NCBI RefSeq assembly: GCF_037042905.1
Contig: NC_087260.1
Location: 25,544,001 to 25,608,000 of the forward strand
Direction of reading: 5' to 3'
DNA: 64,000 bases
Origin: Lytechinus pictus
Taxonomy: Eukaryota
This document shows positions 1 to 12,300 of the stretch, piece after piece. Each line of letters starts with the position of its first letter. The first letter of the stretch is position 1. A program made the position numbers and the translations under genes. Below the pieces are notes generated by a model, which saw only the letters and a list, made by a program, of their open reading frames with translations, was not told the origin of the DNA and did no database searches.

Positions 1-1566
1 GCAAAAGAAAAAAGTCTAAAGAGATAAAAACAATGCTAGAAAGGGCATGCGAGAGTGACTACAATTACCAATGATCTATGACATGGATTAGAAAATTATA
101 AAATCATTCAGCTTGTTTGGTCCTTACTCCTTTATGATTGCTTTAGCACAATAAAAGAAATTTGCTAATTAAAAAGAAAAAAAAGATTGATGAAAAGCAG
201 TAGCATACAATTATATAGCAACAAAATAAACACAATTTATACATAGTATTCATATTGTATATTTACAAATTAAAAATCACTAACCCAACATTTTCATAAA
301 ATTGGAATCAAATAATCTAACTAAATTAATCTTATCTAAGCCTAGATGTCTTAAAATTCAGAGATTGTCATAGCAATACAATTCATTAATTGCTATATTT
401 ACAATGTGAATATGAAGAAAAAAATCAAATCTCATTATCATCTTAAAAAAATGGACTCTTCTTTCTAAAAAAAACCTTCCGTCTTTCAGGTTCACATAAT
501 ATTTTTTAAAAATTCTTGCACAATTTAAACAAAACACATGAAATTATTGAATTAACTTGATTTTTGCTCATCTACGTGTACACTTAAACACTTTTCCTGG
601 CAATAATTTATTGGAATACTGAAAATTCTAAAAACAGATCTATTGCGAACTTAATTTGGCACTGTAATGTATTTCTAAATTGAAATCCAGTCTTCAGATC
701 AATACTTTGATACATTATGGTGAATACTTCATGATTTTGTTGAATACTTTGGAAGATATTTCTATGATATACGTTATCATTGTTTGAATACTATGAAAAG
801 TGAAAGCGAAGTTTCCTGAAAATTGAGACCATTTTATTCATAAAATATTTGTTTCTAATTAATACGATTGTCATTTCCTTTTCTGTTCCAGATCTGGCTT
901 AAATCATAAACTGGTGTATTTTTTTAAAATGAGAGAACCACTAAACGAAGTACATATAAATTTGATCTTAAAAGATTACATTTAAAAAAAACAAATATTG
1001 AAATCATCTACTCAATTCCAGAAACATTCAGTATAAGGAAACGAATAGAAACCAATTTCAGATATGCTAAAATGGATATTCTCTGTGCCCTATATTTATT
1101 GGACTGTATACTAAATAAGGCTTTTTCAGTTTTGGGAATATTAGATAAATACCAATTAAGGCACTTAAATGAATTATGATCAGAGCTTCTTTCCTCTTAC
1201 TTTTTTTTAAATCTGAATGATCAATGTGAGGTCTTATAGAATAGATTAAAAATAATATAAACAATGCTCCTCTTTTTTTCTAAAAAATTGACATTTTTTT
1301 CAAAATCATATTAAGAGTTTGAACGACACGAAACAAAAAGCAATTTGATATTAACACCCACATAACGCTTGCATCTTAGTTGTAATCTTGTCTTCCTACA
1401 GATCAGCTGAATTTTGGAAACCCAGAACAACATTCAAATCGTTATTCGACATCAGAGCCAGAACACAATTTGAAACAAAATGAGACAGAGAAAAAAAAAT
1501 AAGAAAGGGGCTTTCTAAAGCTTGTTTCCATATACCATGCAATCACCATTCACACAATGTTATATT

Positions 1567-2011
1567 GGTTAACACTCGTTATTTGGAACATTCGTCATTC
1601 TAAAGATATGATATTTTGAAGGTTCAATATTTCAAAAGTTTGTTGATGCAAAGGTTTGTTAATCCGTGAATGAAATAAGGTTTGATAGTCTGAAAATAAT
1701 GGAAAATGTTTATAGTTCTTTACTTATTTTCATAACAATGAATCTAATTTCATTTTTGGATTATCAGACCTTTGGAATAACAAACATTATTGTATTTTCT
1801 GACTGTAGGAAATTGAACTTTTGAAATAGCAAACTCCTTTTCTCTTCAGATTTAAAATCTTCAGGGTAATGCCATAAATGTTCGGGTTAACAAACCCTTA
1901 TTCATTTTCAACCTTACGATGAAAATTTGGTATATATATGCGATTTGTGATTTTTTTTGGTGAATAACGAACCTCCTGAATAACACATCTTCAGAATAAC
2001 AAGTGTATACC
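1567..2011. mobile_element. Old foldback-type MITE built from GAATAAC(A/G)AACCT-like subrepeats
   Basis: Imperfect TIR: ggttaacactcgttatt / aataacaagtgtatacc. Internal subrepeats switch orientation mid-element. A related degraded fragment lies at ~9990-10142. Confidence 0.55.
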
Positions 2012-2539
2012 TAACCCAGAGAGCTCCCGCCCGCGCAGCGGGCGGGAGCCCAGAAGCTCACAGTGTATTCTACCATTGCCACCGGACAAGGGTGATTTAT
2101 GGTCTAAATATTTCTCCAAATGAATTGTGAAAACAAAAAGTGTACAATTACCACGATTATATGGATGAAGGTCTAGCGAGTGGCAGATTCCTGACATCTG
2201 AGCACAGTCTGGAACCTCAAAAAAACCAAAAGTTCTCTCCTTCTACCCAGTCTCGATCGGCCGTTTTGTTACGATTTTTAACAAAAATGGCCGATCGAGA
2301 CGGGGTAGAAGCAGAGAACTTTTCGTTGTTTTGAGGTTCCAGACTGTGCTCAGATGTCAGGAATCTGCCACTCGCTAGACCTTCATCCATATAATCGTGG
2401 TAATTGTACACTTTTTGTTTTCACAATTCATTTGGAGAAATATTTAGACCATAAATCACCCTTGTCCGGTGGCAATGGTAGAATACACTGTGAGCTTCTG
2501 GGCTCCCGCCCGCTGCGCGGACGGGAGCTCTCTGGGTTA
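2012..2539. mobile_element. 528-bp near-perfect palindromic non-autonomous DNA transposon, TA..TA termini, 9-bp TSD (AcademH- or MULE-like)
   Basis: The two arms of ~260 bp are almost exact reverse complements (centre ~2275). Perfect TSD GTGTATACC at 2003-2011 and 2540-2548. Confidence 0.92.
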
Positions 2540-3923
2540 GTGTATACCGGTAATGTTTGGTAGTGGAATAAAAAAACAAATGAAATATCACAATATAATC
2601 TTTGCCTCAACAAGTGGAGACATAAAAATGGAAGTTAGTGTGAAAAAGTATGAAAAAATGAGGTATACAAGTAATACAGTTGTCTCTCACTCTTTCTATG
2701 AAAAAAAATTCTATAATAGCACATTATGCTTCCTCTGAGGGCAAAATCAAGTAATAAAACTATAGTGCTAAATTGATTAAAAATAGCATTCATTTACTGC
2801 ATTTTATTAAATAATCTTTTATATATTTCTGAATCGTTAAAGCTTTCATGACTAGGATGGAAATACTCATGTAAAATCAAAATGAAAACTTAGATATAGC
2901 ATTTTCCATTAAACTGTCATGTTTTTAAATATTATTATTGATCATATTTCATATTTGTCCTACAAACTGAATTATCCAAAGGCCTAAGGGTTCTTGTTAT
3001 ATTAAGTATTATATCCCATATTCTCAGAACAAAAGCTATAATTACTCCAGTATTCCTAAAGGCCCCAAACCAATATCAATAAAAAAGAAGAAAAAATAAT
3101 AAAATGCAACTAAAGATCCGACTTTGACACACTTATTTATTCTTTTCTTTCTTCTTTGTTTTACTCAATCGTACTTGGAAGGATAAAGTTATACAATTTT
3201 ATCAAATCATTGTTCTTAAAAGAGCCTTAATTGGCATCCACTCCGAAGTCATATCACTCACTTAACATGGGTAAATTAAAACTATAGCAAATTACTTAGT
3301 TTTTCAAGAAATTGAAAGATATTTGATCTAAATTCATGTGCATTTTACCAGCTTTTGTTTGGAGCTGCATAATTTTGAAAAAACAGCAACAACATTTTGA
3401 GCAGTATTTACAATCATACAAATTTACATTTCTTTTCAAATTGCGGTACTACTATATGTTTAAAAATAAATGGATGGAATTTTTTTTCCTGTATGAGTGT
3501 GATATATTTTATAGTGTATAAAAAAATACCTGTAATATTCATCTCTAAATTTAATGTAAGGTGAGGGGAGGGGGGGGGGGTAAAATGCTATTTTAAGGGC
3601 AAGATATATTTGCATTACAAAAGAGGTTACTACATTCATTTATCATAATTATTAGTAATTAGTAGTCAGTCAAATAAATGCCACCATTCCATATGAAAAT
3701 TATGTATTAGAACCACTACAATCCTAAATATAAAATGTGTTAATCTGTGCAATAATGGATTAATAAGTAAATCAATTTTGCTGCGAACAGAGTTGTTTGA
3801 TGCATTGACATTAGAGTTTTAAAGGGGTGTAAAATTGTGATGATTAATTTGGTGCGAGTGATGACAATCAAAACATAATATCACATTCCAGTTTGTGTGA
3901 TAGACATTTATTTCTTACCTTGC

Positions 3924-4367
3924 CAGGGTGCTACATAACATTTTAGAAGCGCTTGCCCGGTAGGGCAAGTAAAGTTTTAAATGGTTGGAATATACTTGCC
4001 CAAAAATCTATTTCACTTGCCCGAACAAATCCTTGAAAAAAAAAGTTTTACCTCTTCAAAAGAAAGTTTTGCGATTTTATAAACCACTGACCCTTTTCTC
4101 TCTTTTCACATGAACTGATCTACCTTGTTATTGCATTTCTTTTTCCAAAGTAATTTTATCTTGCCTGCCATGACCAAAATTAGGGTCAATATCATATCAT
4201 ATCGACCCTAATTTTGGTCATTCTACTGTGAGAATTTTGCTTTCTACTGAGTGAATTTTGCTTGCCCAATTCGGGCAAGTAGTTTTGGTCTTTACTTCAA
4301 AACACTTTCCCCGACTCTTACTTTTACTTGCCCCGGGCAACCAGGCAAGTGCTTATGTAGCAACCTG
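3924..4367. mobile_element. hAT-like MITE (CAGGGTGCTACATAA TIR)
   Basis: TIR 14/15 identical. Subterminal CTTGCCC/GGGCAAG repeats. Flanks ccttgc/ccttgt give a 6-bp TSD with one mismatch. An internal 17-bp inverted repeat lies at 4171-4220. Confidence 0.8.
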
Positions 4368-4421
4368 CCTTGTTTATATGCTTTATCACAAAGGGAAAAG
4401 AAAGTTTTGTTGCTATCCCAA

Positions 4422-4481
4422 AATTCAAAATATCCATAGTAATTTCAATTCAAAATATCCATAGTAATTTCAATTGAAAAT
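4422..4481. repeat. 25-bp tandem repeat (aattcaaaatatccatagtaatttc), ~2.4 copies
   Basis: Seen directly. Confidence 0.85.
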
Positions 4482-6462
4482 AGTCAACTTGGGTATAGCT
4501 TCCTTTTGCAATACAGAATGAATTCATCAATTAAAAAAGGAATAAATTGAACTAGAAAATTGGGAAATAAAGCATATTTTTGGCATTTTAAGCATAAGAA
4601 AGCAACACTTGAGAGTAAAAAATAAATAAAAGAAAAAAGAAGATGGAATCAAAATAAGAAAACAATTTCTACTTTACCATCCATCTGATCATTTAATTTT
4701 TTTTACAAACTGCAATTGAGCTAAGTTTACTGAAGGCTCATAAAGCTTTGACACTGCGAAAATAGTATAAAGGACTTACAGGTTGCCAGAAAATAACTAA
4801 TACAAATACCTTCCCCCCTTCCCCCACGTCAGAGAAGACAGAACATATATCTCCAAATGAAGTAAACAGTGACGAAAAATTTTATCAATGTATTTTTCTG
4901 ATTGATATCAAAGCATCTTGAGTTCATGTTCAATCTTAAATAAAATCAGTTCTCCTCTCAATCCAGTTTTCATAATGTACGATACATATTAAAAAAATGC
5001 TGAATTAGGCACTTAGAGGGGTTTTTTTTTCACTTAAGGTAGAGATCACATATGGAAGCAAAAAAAAAAGAAGAAAAAAAAGAACTTGATTGAAATAATT
5101 TCATCCAAAGAATGGCTGATCTAACAGATTTCAAGTAAAGTTCATATAAATACAGGTAAGTTCCAAAGTGTTTAAATTTTTTACTTTATTTTTTTGGGAG
5201 AAATCATTTTAGTGAGAGTTATATTTCATGCCTAAATGAAAGCTCCAACATAATTTTTACTTTAAGGCTCACCAGAAAGGTGGGATTGAAATTAGTACAG
5301 AAAATTTCCTGAGCTAGAAAAGAAAAAGTAGATCGGTCATCAAGTTTATCTTTATCTCAAAACAAAAATGTAATTCAATGAGATCAAGACAAGAAATAAA
5401 TCACAAAGATTGAAGAATTAACATAAAACCTATAATTTGAGCATTATTTCATAGACAAATCTTCTCAAACACAATCATTAAATTAAGTTCTATTAAAAAT
5501 TTAAACTTAAATTCAAGTACACAATATCTAAATTTTGATTGGTGGAATATGGAGAGGAAAAGAAAAAGAGGGGTTGGTAGCGGGGGCAGCTTCAGAAACT
5601 TTTTATTTAGATGGTAAAAGTTCCAGGCTTTTGAACATAAGTTATTCCTGAGTTTATGATAAAGGAAGAAGGGTTTTCAAGTAAATTCCTAGTTAATTTC
5701 ATGATTTTTGGGGTTCTTATTTACAACATGGTTTTGGGCAAGAGGCATGGGTGGGGGCAGAAAGCAGGGTGGGGCACGGTACTTTATTGAATAGAATTCA
5801 TCAAAGCTGAATATTAGTGAAGCAGGTACGCACTATGTAGTACAGACAATCATTTTTTTCTTCAAAGTATCCTTGTCTTAGGTGGGATTAACGTTGCAAT
5901 GGTTTCTCCGTGGGTTGAGGAAATAGTACCTTGTTCATACAAAGACTGGATTCTCACAACGATCATCCAATGCAAGATTTCTGATGTAGTACTGGGTATC
6001 GACCCCGCGATAGCTTGTTTGATTATGTACAGGTGTGAACACAGCCATGGATAGGAATACCCCCCAACACAAAAATAACACGAGATGACCACCCATGGCT
6101 GTTCTGTTCATACTATTTGCCAAACTAATTGTGAATGTATATAACAATTATCCAATATGTTTTTCAGTATTACCTTTCATGCGCTTGAATAGTTTACATG
6201 CTTATATATGCAAGCTATGAAATAAAATAATGAATTTATCAAATGCACTGCTAAATTTTGGCGCAAAACATACATGATCATTAACAACTTTTACGTATAT
6301 ATTTGTTAAAAAATGGGCATCAGCAAAAGAAAAGATCTTTGACTGCCCCTTTTAATAGAAAATTACTAAAATCTCTATTGTATCATTGTATTTAATGCTA
6401 ATAAATGTATTGTTATATGGAAGTGCTGCATTATATTGATGCTTATACACTTTACGTATGCT

Positions 6463-6468
6463 TTTATT
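6463..6468 (-). promoter_or_regulatory. First candidate polyadenylation signal (AATAAA) downstream of the terminal exon stop
   Basis: TTTATT on + strand ~170 nt past the stop. Several more follow (e.g. ~5783, ~5602, ~5185), so the true 3' end is undetermined. Confidence 0.25.
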
Positions 6469-6640
6469 GTTCATATGTTAATATTTAGGCAGTTTACAAT
6501 GTCATTATCCATAGTGCGACATATTCTCTCTTTTGTTTAAAAATCAAACTTCATGAATGATGAATTGAAATAATGTAAATAGTGTTTTGATTATTCAGAG
6601 TGGTGACTGATTTTCAAAGTGTGAGAATAATGTGTGTTTT

Positions 6641-9308
6641 TTAGTCAAAATCATCTGAATTGCAAGTGCTCGCTGCCAGGGAGAAATCGTTATTCTCCAA
6701 GTCAGCAAACAAGTCGTGTCCATTCCCAGACAGTATTCCCCCGCTACTGCTGAAAATATCAAAGTGAGCAGCGGCACTCCCAGCATCCGGACCTAGCACT
6801 TGGTCTCCTCCCTCGCTACTGGAGCTACCAGATTCACCCAGACTGCTCTTAGAATGAGTTTTGGTGTAGCAGGCTTCAGAGACCTTATACTGATACACAC
6901 AACTATCATTGGAGCTAGAAGTAGTGCCTTCATCACTCCCAACCTCACTATCACTCTCATCACTCAGATGATCAGCCAAACCACACCCCAAGTTCAAATA
7001 CGCACCATTACTACCACTATCATCACAGTGCACACGCAAGCTCTCGTTTTCTAGGTTTCCAAAACTCAGCTCACTACAACTGACAAGGTCATCGGGGTTG
7101 CGCACCGTACCAAAGTGTCTGCGCATGGAGTCGTCACTCCCGGGGCTGCTTGACTTGGCAGCACTCCCGGCGCTTCCGGGCTGGATTAACAGTTCACCTG
7201 GTCGAGGAATCTGAACCTTTAACTTACTGACATACATGGATTGACCCGACCCTTTCTGATGCCAGTTTGTTCCCTGAAAACCATTCCCTGCAATATTTGG
7301 TAGATCCCCAAGGATATCATCACCCCCTCCCTCTATCTCATCCTGGATTACTGTGCGGATAGGTGCTGCCTCGGTCTGGGCTTCTAGTTTGGCAACCATT
7401 TCCTTAGACAATTCTGGAAGTTTAGGAAGACTACTTTCTGGTAGAATACCAGGACTAACATAATGGTGAGGTGGTGACTGAAGGGGAGCAGCAGAATTAC
7501 CAGAGACATCATCCACTAGAGCATTATCCCTTTGAAATATTTCATCGTAATCCCTCAAGTAATCTATTTTAAGATCTAATGGGGTTGGACTTGAAGTTTC
7601 CCTAGATTCCTTGAGCGATTCCAGCACGCCGGGAATCATTGATGTCTCATTGGTATCTGTTGAAAAAGAAACATGTTTTGTGCCCACTTCGATTTCTGTA
7701 AGTCCCTTAGAGATTACCCCTTTGACTTCTTCATCTGGGTCAGTTCCAGAGCTTGTTTCTGTAAAAGCATCGACTCCTTCCGCCTGAAGGGTATCTCGAG
7801 TCTCTGCTAAGGATTCTTCTAACTGTACAAGGGTATGGGAAGTTTCATCAAGGTCGTCTTCTAATGCCTGGAGAGTAGCGTTCGTTTCTCCAAGAGTTTG
7901 ACCAAGGTTCTCATCACTCTCAAAGAACAGTTTTCTTTCTTGTCTAAAGGCCCTATAATCACTATGAAGGTTACCTTCTACGTTTCCCGTATTCGCAATT
8001 GGCGCTGCATCAGAATGGACTTGTGAGAAAGAGTCAAGGCTTGGTGAATCGTAACTACTGAAAGTGAAAGCATCATCCACAGAAGGGCTTGTTAGATTAC
8101 TTGCAACAGGTTTTACTTCAGTGGCGGGATATTCAACTTTAATTTCAGTATCGGTACGCCCTCTTTGATCAAAGTCATCACTGCTGCTGCTGCTACTACT
8201 ACTACTTGAGCTACTGCTACTCAAACTAGAACTTCCCCTTCTGCGAAGCCCATCTTTATGTAGCATATCGCCAATTTCAGAAACAAAGAGGGACTCGTTA
8301 ATCTGCAAAGGGGATAAATTACGACCATCATCATCATGATCAATATCACTAACACTATCAGGGGAGCCGAGACTTTTAAATATGTCAGAATTAGGTTCAG
8401 TATCCGAAATGACCTCTGGCAAACTAAATAACCCACCTTCTAAGTCAGTGAAAGTGCCGGGAGTGCTCATCTCACTAAGCAGGCCGAGAGTAGCCTCACT
8501 ATGAATCTGAGTCTCCACTTCCGAGGGGCTGACTGTACCCATTTCACTTAGCATTTCTGAAACTGATCCCAGGTCAAAATCCTGGTTTTCTGTTTCCCCG
8601 TCCTCCCCTTCCTTGTCTCCCTCCGTCTCAATGTCTAGATTTGACGAGACGAGGGAGGAGTCACTATCAGAGTCCTCGGAAGTGAACTTGCCCCCAATGA
8701 GGAGAGGACGCAAGATGTCCGCAATGGGACGGACCGCTTGCGTCCCCTCCTCTTCCTCTTTCACCTCCTCCTCCCCATGCTCATCAACAACACTTAAACT
8801 GGAAGAACTAGAAGAAAGCATACTCTGATTGCCTCCCATGTTGATGTCTCCATTCCTCTTGGGCTCTGCATCCGAGAGGGCATCCAGTCTGGTCTCTCCC
8901 GAAGACACCAACGGCTCCGGCTCCATCCTGGCATTGAAGGAACCTGAAGAACTGGCCAGCCTGCTCGCCTGGCTTGGATCCACTTCAGCCTGGTTCTGTT
9001 GCTGTGAGTTGTCATCATTCACTGTGTACTCGTACATGATACTTGAGTTGGACTGGCCTTTGTGGATGGCAATCCTTGAGTTCTCATGGACTGGCGTGAT
9101 GGGAGTCGACGACGGAGGCGACGTCGGTGACTCAGAGACAGGACTCTTAGGCATGTCGGGTTTGGCATAGGTGGGGTCATCTGGGAAGGCCAGGTTAGGT
9201 GCACTGTGATGATCAGTGACTATTGTCTCTGTCATGTCGATGGTGAGAGGGGTGGTGGTCCTTGGAGCACCAAGGCTTCTTGTTGACATCCTTGAAGCAT
9301 TTAATGTC
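6641..9308 (-). CDS. FARP1: Giant terminal coding exon (~890 aa, acidic/Ser-rich, probably disordered, with a short coiled coil)
   Basis: Acceptor atttacag at 9309. Phase 2 puts it in frame with the 882-aa track ORF 6641..9289. It begins [12 protein letters not shown], which resembles the end of the FA domain, and ends at a TAA. Confidence 0.8.
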
Positions 9309-12300
9309 CTGTAAATTCAAGATGGATACAGATACCAATAATACCATAGCTGAATTTCATGAGCATACCATAAAATAATTAACCTTTTAGTATGTTTGAT
9401 ATGTCACTTCATTTCTTTCTCATTCTTACTTCATGTAAGAACTGCTCTAGCCATGATAATTTGAGAACATTATACCTTCCATATAAAGAAGAAAACATAG
9501 ACAAATCATTTAGGAAACTCCCACAAAGGGGGTTGGACATACCTGTTCATGGAATTGCTCAACATCAAAACTGAAAATTCGATAACAGCCTACCATAATT
9601 TTTCTTTTTACAGATCTTATTCAATAAATCCAGAAAAAGAACATGGACTGTAAATTGTTTTTTCCTCTTCATATTATATCTAGAAAATTCAAATTAAGAT
9701 AATTCCTTGGATTAACGATAAATCAGTCTTTTTCAAAACTTACACTAATGATCTTGAGTTTCCTCCGACCCTGGCCTGCTCAACTACTTGCTTCTGTGTC
9801 CTTCCACTGAAAAAGAAAGAAAAGAATTGATGATGTGAACAGAACTATTTCCACAACAAATTGAATAACACAAGCCAGTGCTTTTGCAATCCTTCTGATC
9901 ACAAAATCCAAAATGCATTTCTTTAAGCAAATTAATCAAGATTATTTCATAACATAACACTTTGTTAAATTTCAATTTGGGAACTATAGAACTTTCTAAA
10001 TAACAAACCTCATTCTGCTTTCAGATTATCAAATCTTTAGAATATTGAGCCTTATTTCCTCTTTGGAGTAGCAGACCTACGGCTTAACAAACCTTTGGAA
10101 TAATGAGCCTTTGGAGTACTTAAATGTTGGGAATAACAACCTGATTACCAATTTTGTGAGAATGATAGACAGACTAAATATACGGCGGTGCTCAACAGTT
10201 TGTGAACCCCACCAGAAAAATGAACATATTTAAAGTGTTCAAGTTTTGCCATGTTTTAGATTAGATAAAAGTTTATTTCTCAGGGCTCGCCAAACATTGA
10301 AGTGTTGTTGTCTACATTCATCACTCATTATGAAGGAGTGCATTTGTGAAGGGGTTCACTAACTTTTGAGCACAACTGTATATATATATATACATATATA
10401 TATATATAAACAAAAGAAGACTTAATAGAAACGCTGTGAGGAGACATAATCTTCCAAATTTTAGGTCATAGACCTTCTTCAGGGATGATTTTATTATCCA
10501 AAACAGGTTGCATCATTTGGTGATGATACCAACGCGCAATAAATACAATGCGCAACATAACGCGACAGGTGCATTGTTAGAAGATATTGTGACGTAATGA
10601 GTAAAGTCCAGGCAAATTTGGAAGATTATGTCTCCTAACGGCGTTTCTATTAAGTCTTCTTTTTTTTCTACATTATGACGCAGACGCAAAACTCTTTGAT
10701 TTATATATATACATACCTGTATCTGAATGTTGATCCTCTACTCAAGAGCCGCCTCCTTGATCTAGGATACTTGATCTGTGTTAGACGGAAGAAGGCATGA
10801 TGTTCTACACAGCTCTTCCAGAACTGTTTACAGTCATTCCTCGTTTCCATCTGGAACTCTACGGTGCTCCTAGGGTAACCCTGTGAAGCAGGAGAGAAGA
10901 AATAGCAAATGGCGTAAGCATGTATTCAATGATATTTGCATATTTTTGTTAGATGAGATATAAATCTCTTGTTTAAGCATGGAATGGGAAGACATTTTGG
11001 GATATTATCCTATCGATATGAATAGCTTTGTTTATTTCCAATCACTAAATTTCTAAGGAAGGAGCTAGAAGGTCCCTTTTTTTTTTAAAGAAAATAAAAC
11101 ATTAAAGAGAGAGGGTGCTAGTATAAAAACAAATTCAAATTTTCAAAAAGAACATACAGTAGAAAAATAATAAAATCAAAGGCCCCAGATACATATCTAT
11201 GATTGGAATGTGAGATTTTACTTATGTATTTTTCGAATTATTGACCCTTTACCAAACCTTAAGCTTGGCTTTAAATCATGGTGCATATCATTTTCACATT
11301 TCTTGCTATTCATTGCTTTTTGCCCCCCCCCCCCCTCCCCCAATCCCACTTTTTCTCTCTCCTCTCTTTTCCCCTATCTCTACCCTCTCCATCCATCAAT
11401 TCAATGATTGATATGATCATTATTAGATACCAATACATAGCTAGGACTGGTCATCTCTCACTCTCCCTCCCCCTTCTTCCCTCTCCTTTTCTTCCTCTCT
11501 CCCTCTGTCCGTCCATCCACCCACCCACCCATCCATCCATCCAACTAATGATTGACATGATTATCATTAGAAACCAGTACATAGCTAGACAGGTAATTTC
11601 TCCCTCCCCCCTCTCTCTCTACTGTCCGTCTGTTTGTCCAACCACCCATCCATCCAATGATTGATATGATAATCATTAGAGACCAATACATGGCTCCAGC
11701 TGGTCATCTCTCTCCCTTCCTCTCTCTTTCTTCCTCTCCTCCTATCATCCATCCATTCATCCATTCATTCAACGATTGACATGATTATCATAAGGAACCA
11801 GTACATAGCTAGACTGGTCATCTCTCTCCCTTCCTCTCTCTTTCTTCCTCTCCTCCTTCATCCATCGATTCATCCATTCATTCAACGATTGACATGATTA
11901 TCATAAGGAACCAGTACATAGCTAGACTGGTCATCTCTCTCCCTTCCTCTCTCTTTCTTCCTCTCCACCTGTCATCCATCCTTTCATCCATCCATCAGTC
12001 CATCCATTCAACGATTGACATGATTATCATAAGGAACCAATACATAGCTAGACTGGTTATCAATCTCTTTCATCGATAAAGGTCATATGATGATAACACA
12101 ACATGAATTGCATTACCCTCATCATAAACCCTTCATAAACTAAATACTAGTACTTTATCATTCCATCTAGAGTAGGGGTGTGTTCATGTGAATCAATTAA
12201 GCTCGAATCACAAAAATAAATCACAAAAAACATGATCACAAAACATAGTCAATGTGAGAGATTATTAAAAAAAATATCTTGTTCTGATTTTTTTAATTTT

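Noticed and set aside
1991-2613. Mirror-image ORF pairs (MSGICHSL..., MYNYHDY...)
   Set aside because: They are by-products of the palindromic transposon, with no splice signals or homology.
3914-4400. Strong donor AAG|GTAAGA at 3919/3918 and a possible 12-nt micro-exon disrupted by the hAT MITE
   Set aside because: The acceptor is a weak AAG, there is no homology, and such a match is plausible by chance.
1-6640. RhoGEF (DH) / PH exons of FARP
   Set aside because: I found no recognisable coding exon. The sequence looks like AT-rich UTR or intron. Very short exons could have been missed.
11400-12066. CRISPR-like repeat/spacer appearance
   Set aside because: The context is a eukaryotic intron, the spacers are related low-complexity tracts, the repeats are diverged, and there are no cas genes.
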